A stretch of DNA of 64,000 bases from Octopus vulgaris (Eukaryota): positions 18,042,001-18,106,000 of the forward strand of contig OX597829.1 in assembly GCA_951406725.2 (NCBI GenBank), given 5' to 3'. Positions 43,392-57,168 of this stretch are shown here, in pieces. Under the pieces are notes generated by a model that did not search any database, was not told the DNA's origin, and saw only the letters and a list, made by a program, of their open reading frames with translations. A program made the position numbers and the translations under genes. Position 1 is the first letter of the stretch. Each line of letters begins with the position of its first letter.

Positions 43392-43744
43392 TGCGTATGT
43401 ATTATGGATGGATGGATATGTGAAGGCGCATAGCTCAGTGGTTAGAGCGTGGAGCTTACGATCGTGAGGTTTTGAGTCGATACTTTTTGGAGTCCCGTTC
43501 TAATTACTTTCTTAAATACTTTCTTGTAACCTGTTTTTAACATTTTCTTATTATTATCAAAGAATGTACAACTGTATCTTAATAATTTTGTAACAACCAG
43601 TACTTAGAACAACAAAGCTCATACAAAGCTTTACATTTTACTTTTGACAATCTTTACCTAAAAAGTGAAACCGGTCAAGTGAATAAACATCTTTAAAATT
43701 GCATTTTCAAACCTTCTTTCATATATATAAATGAGGAATATTTG

Positions 43745-44300
43745 AAGGATCTTGGGAATAGGAAGTTCGCAAGCGGCCCCCAGCCGCAAGTATATCCCTG
43801 TTGGGAGAACGTCTTGTTTGCCGTAGATTTTCCACGGACGCAGGAACAGGACGGGTTGAAGCCGCCGGTTGCTGGATCAGATCCTTCTGTTCACCAGAGC
43901 CCCGTTAGCCGGGTGCGGTCCTGATACCGCTGGGTGTCAGAACAATCCGCCTTGGGTGGCCCTACCAGAAACCGAAGCCTTCGACGGCATAGCTCTGACA
44001 CTCCCTTTTCACCCCCTTACCACGATGAGGAAAGGTTGGACTTTAGGGACTGTGCACTGAGTCAATCCCACTCACTAAGCAACAGCAGCCATAATCCGAA
44101 AAGAAGAACAAGTCAACATCATCGGTTACCACTGAGCCGCAGGTTTTATGTCGAAGTTATCCCAGTTACCTGAGTTGCCTTCTCCTTGAAGAATGCCCTA
44201 ACAAAAGCTAGGGGTCCTTCACTCCCAATGGCTTAACCGCGCGATCGGGTATTCAGTCCGATTATTTCTATGTCCCCGCGCACGGTGCAGCCTTAAGCTG
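43745..44300 (-). mobile_element. RTE-like LINE 5' leader (diverged relative of 2690-3050)
   Basis: Shares gtgtcagagct..ctggtagggccacccaaggcggattg..tctgacac and aaccggcggct with the 2690-3050 copy. Confidence 0.6.
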
Positions 44301-44699
44301 GATAAGATTGATATAATGAGAAAAAAATAAAAAAGAAGATATACGATATATATATAAAAAAAACATTGATATACAAAATATACATAAAATATATGATGTG
44401 AAGTATATAAAAATTTATATAATGAGCAAGCTATAAAAATATATAATATATATAAATTAGTGAGAAAAAGTCAGATAACAGTAAATATATAATTACATAT
44501 TTATTGGATGGCCGTTGACTCTCAAGAGTTCCTCCGCCCTTTGACGGGTTTTGTTTTTCTTCTCGCAGGGTGTCCAATAAACACCCGCCATACCAAGCAA
44601 GCTTGGTGGGGTTGCCAGTTTAGTTGCAGACGGCCCGAACATGCAACAGGTTGTACTAGGTTACATGTTACCAGTAGCACTCGAAAGTGACCTGACACA

Positions 44700-45915
44700 A
44701 AAATATATATATATATATATATACACATACACGCATGCACACATACATACATACACACACACACACTTACACACATACACACATACATACATACATACAT
44801 GCACACACACATACACACATACACATACACACACACATACTTACATACACTCATACGGACATACATACACACATATTCACTCACACATACATACATACAC
44901 ACACACACACATACCTACTTACACACTCGCATGCACACGCGCACACATGCATACGTGCGCGCACGCACACATACATACATGCATGCACGCATGCCTGTGG
45001 GGTCTGGCTTTATTTCGGGCGTACGTCGAGGCGTGTGCGTGTGTGCCTGTAGATTCGCATGCGCCCGCACCGCAAGAGTATTTTCCATCAGTCTTTCAGT
45101 TGCAAAGTGTGTCCTTGCATGCATATATATACACACATATAAACATATAAACACACATATAAACCCCTACATTTGTACACACACGCACATACATACATAC
45201 ATTCACTCCCACGCACATATACACACACATTTACATATATATACAATACACGCACACACATATACAAACACACACTAATTCACATACACACCGACACATA
45301 TACATACACACAACATATACGTCCACGCGCACGCACACATACACATACGTATACACATATAAGCACAGACACACACATACATACGCACACCAAACATGCG
45401 CACACATACGCACGCACACGCGCAAAAAGAAACTCACAACCCCACGGATACACGCATATACATCCATTTACGCTTACACACACACATACAAATGCACACA
45501 TACACGCACACACAACTACACACACATACATACACACGCACACACACACACAAATGAACCCACACATACATCCCTTACGGCACATAACCATACATACACG
45601 CACACACATACATACACGCACACAATTATACATACGTATATATACACACACACGCACGTACAAGCACACACGCACACCTACACTAAGTTAAGCACAATTA
45701 CTCGCCATACACACAAAAAAACGCACACGCACACACACACATACTACAACAAAACACACACACGATACATATACACGCACACACACATACCTCCCTGTTT
45801 CTGACCTGCCTTTCTGACTTGCTAGGGTACCCCCACACCACCCCTTAATTCTACTACTGCCTGCTACTAGCCATTGTCCACCATACACACACACACACGC
45901 ACACACTCACACACA
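44700..45915. repeat. Degenerate (CA)n/(CATA)n region; similar regions at 22720-23350, 32570-33075 and 54600-56475
   Basis: Read directly from the sequence. Confidence 0.9.
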
Positions 45916-46019
45916 CTTGTCATCTCGCACACCTTTTTACCATTCCTTCTTTGATATAGCTCTCTTGTTTTTAAAAACATTTTCCTCCATTTTTACCACT
46001 TCCGTCTTTTTAGTATGTG

Positions 46020-46222
46020 AACTCGTGAATACTACCAGCGATTTTTTTTCCTCTGTCCTCCCGTCTCGGGATCTTTCCTTCTCCCATGTTTCCGACGAAG
46101 AGCTCCGCTCGAAACGTCAAACCCTCCTTCTTCCCTTCTTTCCTGAGCGTCCAATAATACTTTATTTGTTCCACATCCTTGCGTTGTTGTCTTTTTGTTT
46201 TCTTGTTTGGATTAACTTTATT
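46020..46222 (+). mobile_element. Penelope-like terminal repeat fragment with a hammerhead-like motif
   Basis: gttt-CCGACGA-A-GAGC-tcc-GCTC-GAAACGTC-aaac at 46088-46122; ends in (TA)n. Confidence 0.6.
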
Positions 46223-46224
46223 TA

Positions 46225-46302
<78 letters not shown>

Positions 46303-46306
<4 letters not shown>

Positions 46307-46978
46307 AAAATGGGACAAGAACGCAAAACATCCAGTTAGGTGAGACAAAAAAAGGGACAACAAAACATCCAGACAGATGATACAAAGAAAACAAGGTCAG
46401 GTCATTCAGAGTTTTCTTTCCTCAGCCGAGTTCCAGTCTATCTTTGCAATTTCGGCTGGTTATACTCGAGATTGCTCCAATCTGGCAATCCCCAAGGAAA
46501 AACTAAGCTAAGAGCATCAGATTCCTTAGAAGAAAGCAGCGAATGTATACGAAAACAAAGACGAGAAATGGGACACAAATACAAATGCAAATAACAAGAC
46601 ATTAACAGGTGTCTTTCGATTAAGGACAAATTAAAATAAACTGGCATGTGTGGATGTAATGCCTTTCAGCAGAGACATAGGATTTGACAGGTACAGGGAT
46701 GAATATAGATGTTGCACGGATGGTAGTCGAACCAACATTTCTTCGTTTTTGTCCGTCATTGTTTTCATATACATTCGCTGCTTTCTTCTAAGGAATCTGA
46801 TGCTCTTAGCTTAGTTTTTCCTTGGGGATGGCCAGATTGGAGCAATCTCGAGTATAACCAGCCGAAATTGCAAAGATAATCTGGAACTCGACTGAGGATA
46901 GAAAACTCCGGATGACCTGTCTTTGTTTTCTTTGTATCGTCTGTCTGGATGTTTTGCGTTCTTGTCCCATTTTTGTAT
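46303..46978. repeat. Long inverted repeat (arms ~46303-46565 and ~46755-46978) with a ~190-bp spacer
   Basis: tacaaaaatgggacaagaacgcaaaacatccag.. vs ..ctggatgttttgcgttcttgtcccatttttgta. Confidence 0.88.
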
Positions 46979-47332
46979 TTTTAATATATAAAAATATAGC
47001 GGCGTACTTTTTCATCTTTATTTTCATCCGTTCGATTGCTGAGTTTCTTATGGCCAGCTTCGTACACAAATTATCACAAGTACAACTTTTATAGATTTCA
47101 TGTTCCAAATTCTCGCATTCTCAAATTCTAAGAGGTTGTATTTTTTAATTTCTCATCCCCTTTCTTCAGAATCCTGGAATCAAATGGACATGATGGATCA
47201 ATCAGTAAGCAAATCACATTTCCTTTCCTTTAATCGTAATACCTTTATCAGCGTTTCTTTGACTATTGTTGTAATAGTAATAATAATAATAATTATTATT
47301 ATTAATATTATTATTATTATTATTATTACTGA

Positions 47333-47890
47333 AGGCGACGAGCTGACAGAATCGCTAGCACGACGGGCGAAATGCTTAGCGGTATTTCGTCTGCGTTACG
47401 TTGTGAGTTCAAATTCCGCCGAGGTCAACTTTGCCTTTCATCCTTTCGGGGTCGATAAATTAAGTACCAGTTACACACTGGGGTCGATGTAATCGACTTA
47501 ATACCTATGTCTGTCCTTGTCTGTCCCCTCTGTGTTTAGCCCCTAGTGGGTAATAAAGAAATAGGTATTTCGTCTACCGCTATACGTTGTGAGTTCAAAT
47601 TCCGCCGAGGTCGACTTTACCTTTCATCCTTTCGGGATCGATTAAATAAGTACCAGTTACGCACAGGGGTCGATATAATCGACTTAATCCGTTTGTCTGT
47701 CCTTGTTTGTCCTCTCTGTGTTTATCCCCTTGTGGGTAGAAAAGAAATAGGTATTTCGTCTACCGCTACGTTATGAGTTCAAATTCGCCGAGGTCGACTT
47801 TGCCTTTCATCACCAGTTACACACTGGAGTCGATGTAATCGACTTAATCCCCTCACCTAAGGTGCCCTTGTGACAAAAATTTGAAATCAC
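47333..47890 (+). mobile_element. SINE family A trimer
   Basis: Junction aaataggtatttcgtc near 47560 and 47745. Confidence 0.88.
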
Positions 47891-48009
47891 CATCATTATC
47901 ATCTTTATCAACATTATGATCACATCATCGTCATCGTTATTTTCATATACACAGAACAGATTAGACTGTTGAAAAAGAAAAAAATCCTAACATCAGGCTA
48001 CAACAATTA

Positions 48010-49462
48010 ACCATAAATGCCAAGAACCCTCCTAAGTATTCTAGCTGTCCCTAATAACATTGTTTTCTGTAGCTGTACTAAACTGGGTTTATGCTTATTT
48101 CCTCTATCCATCTGTTCAAATCTTTAGGGGCAGTTCCCAATGCACTTATAACTACTGGGATACATTTTACCAGCACTTTCCATAGTCTCTGTAATCAATG
48201 GCTATTCCTGGAACTTTGCTATTTTTTCTATACCTCTCATACTGATTTTTATCATTTGGGACTGTAAAGTTAATTATCTGTCACTTTCTATTCTCTTTAT
48301 CTATTACTACTAAATCAAGCCTTCTAGCTTCTATTACTCTATCAATCTGAATGTTAACGTCCCACAGCATCTTATACTTCCTTCTTTCTAGTTCTTTACT
48401 AGGTTCATGTTCATACCATTTATCAGTATGTTCAAATCCTAGCTTTCTACATAACTCCAAGTGGATTACTCTCCCTAGGTTGTCCTGTCATTTCTTGTAT
48501 TTTTCTGTGCCAGCATGCTAATTCATTTACTATATAAGCATTGCTTTCCTCTTTTAATTTGCATACCCTACATTGAGAATCTACTTGATTTTTGTCTATC
48601 TTGGCTTTTATCAAATTAGTCCTTAATTCTTGCTCTTGTGCAGCTACTGACAAACTTTCTGCTTCCCTTTTCAGCTTTCCTTTCTGCAACCATAACTATG
48701 TCTTACTATTACTATTTGCTGAATCTATCATTGGGAGTCTACCATGCGAAGCCTTCTCCTGCTTGTCAGATAGTTTCTGTTCTTTCTTCTGGCTTTTAAC
48801 TTCATTTGGGTTTCCCTATGTCTTGTTGTGACTTCAGCAGTTTTCAATAAACTTACTTCACTATTACCTACGTAGGAGTCTATATCTACTCTAGCTAACT
48901 CCACGCATTCTTCTACTTCCGCCTTCCTTTCTAGGTAAGTATAGCCTTGCTGCTCCTGCCCATTCATATTCAATTCCTTCCTTGTTCCTCTGTCTAACTT
49001 TGCTAATTCAGTTTTTGTCTAATCTAGAAAAGCTGAGTATCTAAGTAATGATATTACCCAAGTATTTACAGCCTTTCATTGCTCTTCACCCTTCTGATGT
49101 ACTCCTCAAATTTCGCGTACATTTCTATAATTAGTTCTTTGTCAGATTCTAATACTCCTAGATACTTATAACTCTCTCCTCTTTCAATGGTTTTAATGTC
49201 TGGATACCTACGATTGTCCCCTTCTCATGACTAATATTCCACACTTATCTATGACTTTGCTGAAGAATCTTACAGTCACTATTAAGGAATCTATCTCTTT
49301 TCATTCTTGCTAAAAAGCTTCAGATCATCCATGCAGAGCAAATGGTTAATCCTTCCTTACTACTTCTGAACTTATACCCTACCTTTTACTTCCTTGATAC
49401 TAAACTGAGAGGGATCAAATATAAGACAAATATTAAAGGGGACGAATCACCCGGAAAATTCT
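48010..49462 (-). mobile_element. Decayed R4/Dong-type element
   Basis: LIPLSL, INHLLCMDDLKLF, YKYLGV, LKREAESLSVAAQEQELRTN, CRVCK, ARRLDLVV, IPVVISALG, LLGTARILRRVL; many stops. Confidence 0.85.
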
Positions 49463-49474
49463 ATTATTATTGTT

Positions 49475-50029
49475 GAGTGAGAAAGCAGTGCATGCCATCA
49501 AAGTGACACTGGGGTACAAATATACGAAGCCCAGTATACCCATCATGACTACCCGTCTGATAAGGGTACACCAGGCACATGCATCACAACCATATGTGCG
49601 CGACATTGTGATCTCATAACAAGATAAACAGCGCATGAACTTGCAGGTGGGGTCCAGTTAGAATTTTCTTCAGATCGATTAGCCCATCCCGCTCGAAAAG
49701 TCCATGAATAAGTGTGGTTTAAGGATGATGAACAAAACATCCATGTTTCCAAGGGTGAATTATCCTAACCCCAAAGAATTCCTCTCAACACACGGCTATG
49801 ATGCTCCCCCACTACTTCTGCTCTTGATCAGAGATACACATATCGTCAGCCACTGAGGGACATGCTCAACTGGTTATGGTCAAACAACTGACAAGCAAAT
49901 CTGTGGTATTGAGCAGAATATTTGCTGTAGCCCATCTTTTATACCAAGAGAAAACAATGTACATGATAACACTTCCAATCAGTTAACATCAGAAGCCATG
50001 ACAGCCAAAGTCTGGTACTGCATCAAGGC

Positions 50030-50031
<2 letters not shown>
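49475..50031 (-). mobile_element. Family D element in (TAA)n
   Basis: Reverse-complement homolog of 37693-38232; flanked by (ATT)n. Confidence 0.8.
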
Positions 50032-50099
<68 letters not shown>

Positions 50100-50926
50100 T
50101 TCAAAATCCGCCGTCGTGGTCAGCTTTACTTTTCACGATTTCGGGGTCGATAAACTAAGTACCAGTTACAGGCTTTGTGCCTTTAATAGAAAGAATTATT
50201 ATTAATAATACTATTATGGTTCTTGTTATTCTTCTTGTTATTCCAAAACCTATACCACTACTAATGCAATTACTAGCACCAACCACAGCTAGAAACACCA
50301 CCAGCCAACGTAGAATTCACTCTATGGTTTAATTATGCTAGACTTAGCAATTAAATGTGCTAGAAATGGCAGTTAAACCTCCATCGAATCATTTTCTGTA
50401 TATTGGATAAAAAGAAGAAGAATGGTTTTGTCTGGATCCTCGTTTTGGTCATAGTATTGCTTCTTTATCGGAACTGACCAGAACCTCTATTATGCCATCA
50501 AATGCACTAACGCCACCGCCGTCACCAATTTAATAACAGTACCAACAATAACAACAGGATAAAAACTAACACTGCTTTCATGACCAGAACCATCACCAAG
50601 AAAAACAAAGGCCTTTTCGAACCAATGAGGGAGCCTTTACGTGGTGGATCGATCAGCGAGAAGCAGCAACCCAAATAGCCCACTTTAGAGAAGGATACAT
50701 GTAGTCAATGTAGTCCTAGGCCCCAAACACACAGGCAACGGTATAGAACGGTAAGGGCTACAACGTCGTTAACCCCAGCCGGAACACAGGGAACTGACAT
50801 AGTGTTTAACAGCAATAACGACAGCCATCATTACCAGCACGTAATAATACTAACATTAACAATAATCCCAACCACAACCATCGGAAAGTCACACCATCAC
50901 CACTCAGAACCAGCAACAGCAACAGT

Positions 50927-51312
50927 GGAGGCGCAATGGCCCAGTGGTTAGGGCAGCGGACTCGCGGTAGGAGGATCGTGGTTTCGATTCCCAGACCGGG
51001 CGTGGTGTGTGTTTATTGAGCGAAAATACTTAAAAGCTTCACGAGGCTCCAGCAGGGGGTGGTGGATACCCCTGTTGTACTCTTTCGCTCCAACATTCTT
51101 TCACTCTTTCTTCCTGTTTCTTGTCCTCGACTTCCTACGCAACTGCTGAGCCTGGATGCGCATTCATCCATCCGTCGATGCTCTCGGTGTCGGGGGTTGA
51201 CCTGCTTTCTCTTCTGCGGGTCTTACGAATAGCAAAGGACCACGTTTCGTACTTCACCCACTAACTCTGGGACGAAGACCGCTTCTCTCAACAAACAAAC
51301 AAACAAACAACA
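50927..51312 (+). mobile_element. SINE family C, full length, with (AAAC)n tail and TSD
   Basis: A-box tggcccagtgg, B-box gtttcgattcc; aaccagcaacagcaaca on both sides (50908-50924 and 51313-51329). Confidence 0.9.
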
Positions 51313-52164
51313 AACCAGCAACAGCAACAACAACAACCAGCAACTCCACCACTAACAACACAAACTACCTCCATCAACTAGTGCTTCTACCACCACTAGC
51401 AACAACGGCTAGTGAAGCCATTACCAACAATAGCAACCATCAGTACCACCACAGTCACGACTGACTATAGTTGTGATAGCTGTCACAAGAGAAACAAAGA
51501 CTCTTCCGAACTAAAAAAAAAACAAAAACTAACCACAACCAAATCCCACCGCCAACAACTAGCACCACCACTACTTTCCACAAACAGGAAGCAGCGCCAT
51601 CAACAACTACCACCTCACCATTTACAACCTCTGCAGCCCTCACCATCAACCACCATAACCAACAAACAATATTTAGTGAGATTTCGAAAAACGAACTGTA
51701 ATAAAGTAACGACACATTAGCTGAAGCTTGTGTATATAATAATATATAAACCAGTGAAGCGTGCAGAAAAAATTTTGTTTATGGTTGTATTTAGACGTAA
51801 TTTCCTTTTCCTTTTCAAGACACGCAATTAAATCAGTCAGATAATTATATATATATGAATATATGAATGTATGAGTATAATTTGTGTGTATGTAAAGGCT
51901 TGTGAGTATGTGTTCGTGTTATGTTTATATCGGTATATCATTTAGTATGTGTGAGTATGATAGTGCGAACATGCTACCTCAAAGATATCTGTATGCGTGC
52001 GCGTACACAATCATTATGTAAGTTTATATAATTATTTATTACATTAAAATAAAATGGTTCTTGAACGATAGTTATGTTTTATCACTGCTTGTCAAACGAT
52101 ATAGAATTGGGATGGTTGACAGGGTTTATATTTAAATTTGGGATGGGCTCCTCAACCTCTCTTC

Positions 52165-52580
52165 GGATCTTTTCGGTTTGAAAAGCAGTTTTTCTAGCGG
52201 TGTCATATGATATTGTCACCCATAATTATGACCCTAGTATCTGTCTATTGCATTTCAATCTGTGTTAGGGTTAGGGTTAGGGGTGGGAGGAAAGGGCATC
52301 TTTTTTTCTTCAGAAATGTAAATAAACCCAATCTGTTTCTTAAACGAGGGACATATTCATACGGCACAGAATGCTTTTTAACTCAATAGACTTCACTGAT
52401 TGGTTGAAATTGCAGAAATTGAAGAAAAAAACAACAAATATCTTACAAATTAAAGAGTTTTCTCAATAAAGCCAAGAGAAAAATATGTTTTATAAACACA
52501 TTCTACCAGTATACGAAGTTTAAAAGTGTTAAGTTACGTGGAAATTATTTTAAAAACTGCCGTTCAAACCGAAAAGATCC
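52165..52580 (+). mobile_element. hAT-type MITE M1
   Basis: TIRs present; degenerate 8-bp TSD ctctcttc / gtttcttc; internal (TTAGGG)3. Confidence 0.9.
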
Positions 52581-53248
52581 GTTTCTTCTTTTTTCTTTAT
52601 CCTTCCGTCTCTTGTATTCATCTTTATCTTCTTTCTCTCTTTTGCCTTCTTATCATTGTTCTTTTTTTTTCTTTCTATCTTATTCTAGTTCTTTCCGTAA
52701 TTCACATTACTTACAAGAATCTTATACATGTTACTTCTAAGGCTGCTGACTACCCGCTGTTGGTGACGAAACTACTTTTCTTTTTGATGCTGTAGTACGC
52801 ATCAACATTTTTGTTGGCATTCTATAATCTCTGGAAATGTAAATATTTTTCTTTCTTTACTTAATTAGCTAAAATAATTACACTCACAAACTCTTGATTA
52901 TATTTAGCTTCCTTTTACTATTTAATTTATCATTAACTGTATTTTATATATTTCCTTTCACTTTACTTACATGTATACTTCATGTATATTTATTGAATTT
53001 CACTTTCCTAACCGAGTAGAATCTCTCTATATATCCTTTCTCTATTCTATTGACTCTCCTCTTTAATTGCTTAGTTTCATTTACATTCTTATAACTCTCT
53101 AAACCTATTTCTCAATCTCTGTGTAGCTCTGTTCTTATCCTTATTTCTACATACCCTTACACTCGAAATTTCTTATATTTTCCTCTCGTCCAACAAAATT
53201 TCATCATTTAAGTTTAGAAATATTCAAATAGACAATCTTATATTTAAA

Positions 53249-53595
53249 CTAGTGCATACATATACAGCTGCGTGCGTGCGCACATACACGCGAGTACTGT
53301 CCAAATCTCCGACCAATCACATACAGCTAGCTGGCATTCAATTGGCGTATCACGTTTCGGGCATTTTGATTGGGTTTTGGATAGAAAGTTCACAAAAAGT
53401 CACTTCTATTGATTTGATTTTTAAATGGCTTTGCGGGGTGACAGGGGAAATGTAAAGATGTACACGCACGACCACCCTTGGACGGTTTTGAATGACCATA
53501 AAAAGTGCAAGCCCTCTAAATGAAAAATTGTGGATTTGTATAAAGGATACACACACACAGAGACATACATTTTTCTGTTTATATATAGAGAGAGA
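53249..53595 (-). mobile_element. Non-autonomous Helitron family H2 (short 3' end)
   Basis: 5' TC; homologous to 55185-55536; ends gcaCTAG|T. Confidence 0.8.
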
Positions 53596-53899
53596 TAATC
53601 AACTGCTTCAATTCTTCAAGTCATTTAAAAGGTTCGTGAAAAGTGGAAACTATGACCGTCAGTCACAAATCTTTTTAATTTGGTGAAATAAATCATATTT
53701 CATTCAAATGTTTAACCCTGTTATGAATCGTTTATTTGAAAATTTTTATTATAAGTACCTTTTCAAACAGAATTATATAAAAACACAGAAAAAAAACTTA
53801 AATTAAACAAAATGTAACAGCCACCAAGTATGTGTACAGTCCATTCAAATTAAATGAACAATAAGATTATTAAAACAGACAATAGGACTTGCTCAAGAA

Positions 53900-54515
53900 A
53901 TACTGCGACAGTTGCCATGAGAGAAACTCTCATATTTATTTCTTTACTACCCACAAGGGGTTAAACACAGAGGGGACAAACAAGGACAGACAAAGGGATT
54001 GAGTCGATTATATCGACCCCAGTGCGTAACTGATACTTATTTAATTGACCCCGAAAGGATGAAAGGCAAAGTCGACCTCGGCGAAATTTGAACTCAGAAC
54101 GTAGCGGCAGACGAAATACGGCTACGCATTTCGCCCGGCATGCTAACGTTTCTGCCAGCTCGCCACCTTCAGAAACTCTCATATTGGCTTTTGATACATA
54201 TAAGCTCTCTTGTCTATATCACTTGCAGAAGACACATCACCCCGCCATCAACATCACCAAGATCACCATATCACGTGATTTCTGCCTTTTCTGGCCTTGT
54301 CAGTGGTAGACGCTCGGACACTGGAGATAGCTGCGATATACATGTTCTCAGTGTGTAATCAGGCACTGATAATGCAGACATTGAGACTCCATGTATATTG
54401 CTAACGAAGATATCGCTGCTGTCTCCAGCGTCTACCACTGAAAAGACCAGACAAGGCCAAAATCCTATGCTCTGCTAGTCCATATGAGAATTTCTCTCAT
54501 GGCAAATATCACAGG
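53900..54515. mobile_element. Old palindromic MITE-like element interrupted by SINE A
   Basis: ttgccatgagagaaactctcatat vs atatgagaatttctctcatggcaa; inner IR cagtggtagacgct / agcgtctaccactg. Confidence 0.65.
53937..54170 (-). mobile_element. SINE family A with a 15-bp TSD
   Basis: agaaactctcatatt at 53922-53936 and 54171-54185. Confidence 0.9.
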
Positions 54516-54850
54516 ATCCTGATTTTAAGTGGGGATAAGTATTAACTTTTGGTATTAGCACTGCATCAGTCGCTAGTAATTGTTATATATACATATATAG
54601 ATATGCATGTATGTATGTATGTATGTATGTATGTATGTATGTATGTATGTTGTGTATGTGTGTATGTATGTGTGTATGCATGTATGTATGCATGTATGTA
54701 TACATGTATGTATGTATGTATTTATGTATGTATGTATGTATGTATGTATGTATGTATGTATGTATGTATGAATGTAAGTATGTATGTATGTATGTATGTA
54801 TGAATGTAAGTATGTATGTATGTATGTATGTATGTATGTATGTATGTATG

Positions 54851-54881
<31 letters not shown>

Positions 54882-55184
54882 TGTAAGTATGTATGTATGT
54901 ATGTATGTATGTATGTATGTATGTATGTATGTATGTATGTATGTATGTATGTATGTATGTATGTATGTGTATGTATGTGTGTATGTATGTGTGTATGCAT
55001 GTATGTATGCATGTATGTATGCATGTATGTATGCATGTATGTATGTATGCATGTATGTGTGTATTTATGCATGTACGTATGTATGCATATATGTATACAC
55101 ATATATGTGTTAAGAATTAAGTTCACACATACAATATAGCTTGTTCAAAATCTCCAATCAACTGAGACATCTTTTGCATCTTAA

Positions 55185-55536
55185 TCTCTATATATATAAA
55201 CGGCAAAATGTCTGTGTGTATGTGTGTATCCTTTATACAAATCCACAATTTTTCAGTTAGAGGGCTCGCACTTTCTATGGTCATTCAAAACTGTCCAAGG
55301 GTGGTCATCTTTACATCTCCTCAGTCACTCCGCAAAGCCATTAAAAATCAATAGAAGTGAATTTTCTATCCAAAACCCAATCAAAATGCCCGAAACTTGA
55401 TACGCCAATTGAATGCCAGCTAGCTGTATATGATTGGTCAGAGATTTGGACAGTACTCGCGTGTATGTGCACATGCACGCAGATGTATATGCATGCACTA
55501 GCACTATGACCCGGCGTTGCCGGGACATAGTGCTAG
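55185..55536 (+). mobile_element. Non-autonomous Helitron family H2
   Basis: A|TC start, 3' hairpin cccggcgttgccggg followed by CTAG|T. Confidence 0.88.
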
Positions 55537-56046
55537 TTATTTATATAATCTAAGGTAATCGAAGTTTCTCACCATATTATATTGCATGCAAGAGATTCGG
55601 CGTTTTCTTAGTGTGAAGAACGCTTCCTTGGTGCAAATTCCCTGTCATACCATTGTCATACCCAATTCATGACCAGCACCTGAACATTACTGCCTTTTCT
55701 CTAAAAAATATGTATGTATGTATGTATATATGCATGTGTGTATGTATGCATGTGTATATATATGTGTGTGTGTGTGAGTGTGTGTGTGTATGTTTGTATT
55801 TATACGTCTGTATGTATGTATTATGCATGCATGTGTGTATGTATGTATGCACGTATGTATGAAAGCATATATATATAAATGAGCGTATATGTATGTATGT
55901 GTGTGTATATACGTGTGTATGTATGTATTATATATGTATGTATGCACGTATGCATGAATGCATATATATATAAATGAATGTATATGTATATGTATGTAAG
56001 TGTGTATATATATATGCATGTGTATGTATGTGTGTATATAAGTATG

Positions 56047-56085
<39 letters not shown>

Positions 56086-56877
56086 TTATACGTCTGTATG
56101 TATGTATTATGCATGTATGTGTATATGTATATATGCTTGTATAAATGTGTGTATATACGTGTGTATGTATGTATGCACGTATGTATGAATGCATATATAT
56201 ATAAATGAATGTATATGTATATGTATGTATGTGTGTATATATATGCATGTATGCATATGAGTATATATGTATGTATATATATATGTGTGTGTGTATGTGT
56301 GTGTGTATGTATGTTTGTATTTATACGTCTGTAGGTATGTATTATGCATGCATGTATGTGTGTATGTATGTATGCTTGTATATATATGTGTGTGTATATA
56401 TATATATTATGTATGTATGAATGCATATATATATATAAATATATATATGAATGTATATTTGTATGTATGTATGTAAACCTGTTACATTTATAACAGTCTA
56501 CCTGGGTTTTTGTGTGTGTGTGTGTAGATGTGAGTGCATTCCGATTAAATCATTTAATATATACGAAACGCGGCCATATATTAAAAGAGAAAATGCGCAC
56601 TGTGCCCTGGAAACACTCCCAGCTAATAATGTTGCTGATGCAAAACAAAATATAAAATTTACTTAACATTAACGTTCATAGTTCATTACCCGAAACTTAT
56701 GAGTTGTTTACGTCTTTTCCGGCATAAAATATATTTATTCAGCAGCTGGGGGGTTTTCTTTCTTTGTTTCATAACAATCACCGTGATTTATGTTTATATA
56801 AATTTATATTTTCTAATGAAATACGTTTGATACACACACTCACACATAGATATATGTGTGTGTGAATGTGTACATGA

Positions 56878-56890
56878 AGATAGATAGATT

Positions 56891-56986
<96 letters not shown>

Positions 56987-57119
56987 TAAATATAGATAGA
57001 TATAAATATAGATAGATATAAATATAGATAGATATGAATATAGATAGATATGAATATAGATAGATATGAATATAGATAGATATGAATATAGATAGATATG
57101 AATATAGATAGATAGATAT

Positions 57120-57168
<49 letters not shown>

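Noticed and set aside
43421-43481. tRNA-like sequences here and at 50927 and 57957
   Set aside because: They are SINE heads that continue into SINE bodies or break off; no complete cloverleaf
44505-44698. GC-richer segment with AATAAA ending ..tgacac, possible LTR end or exon
   Set aside because: Single copy with no boundaries or TSD to support a call
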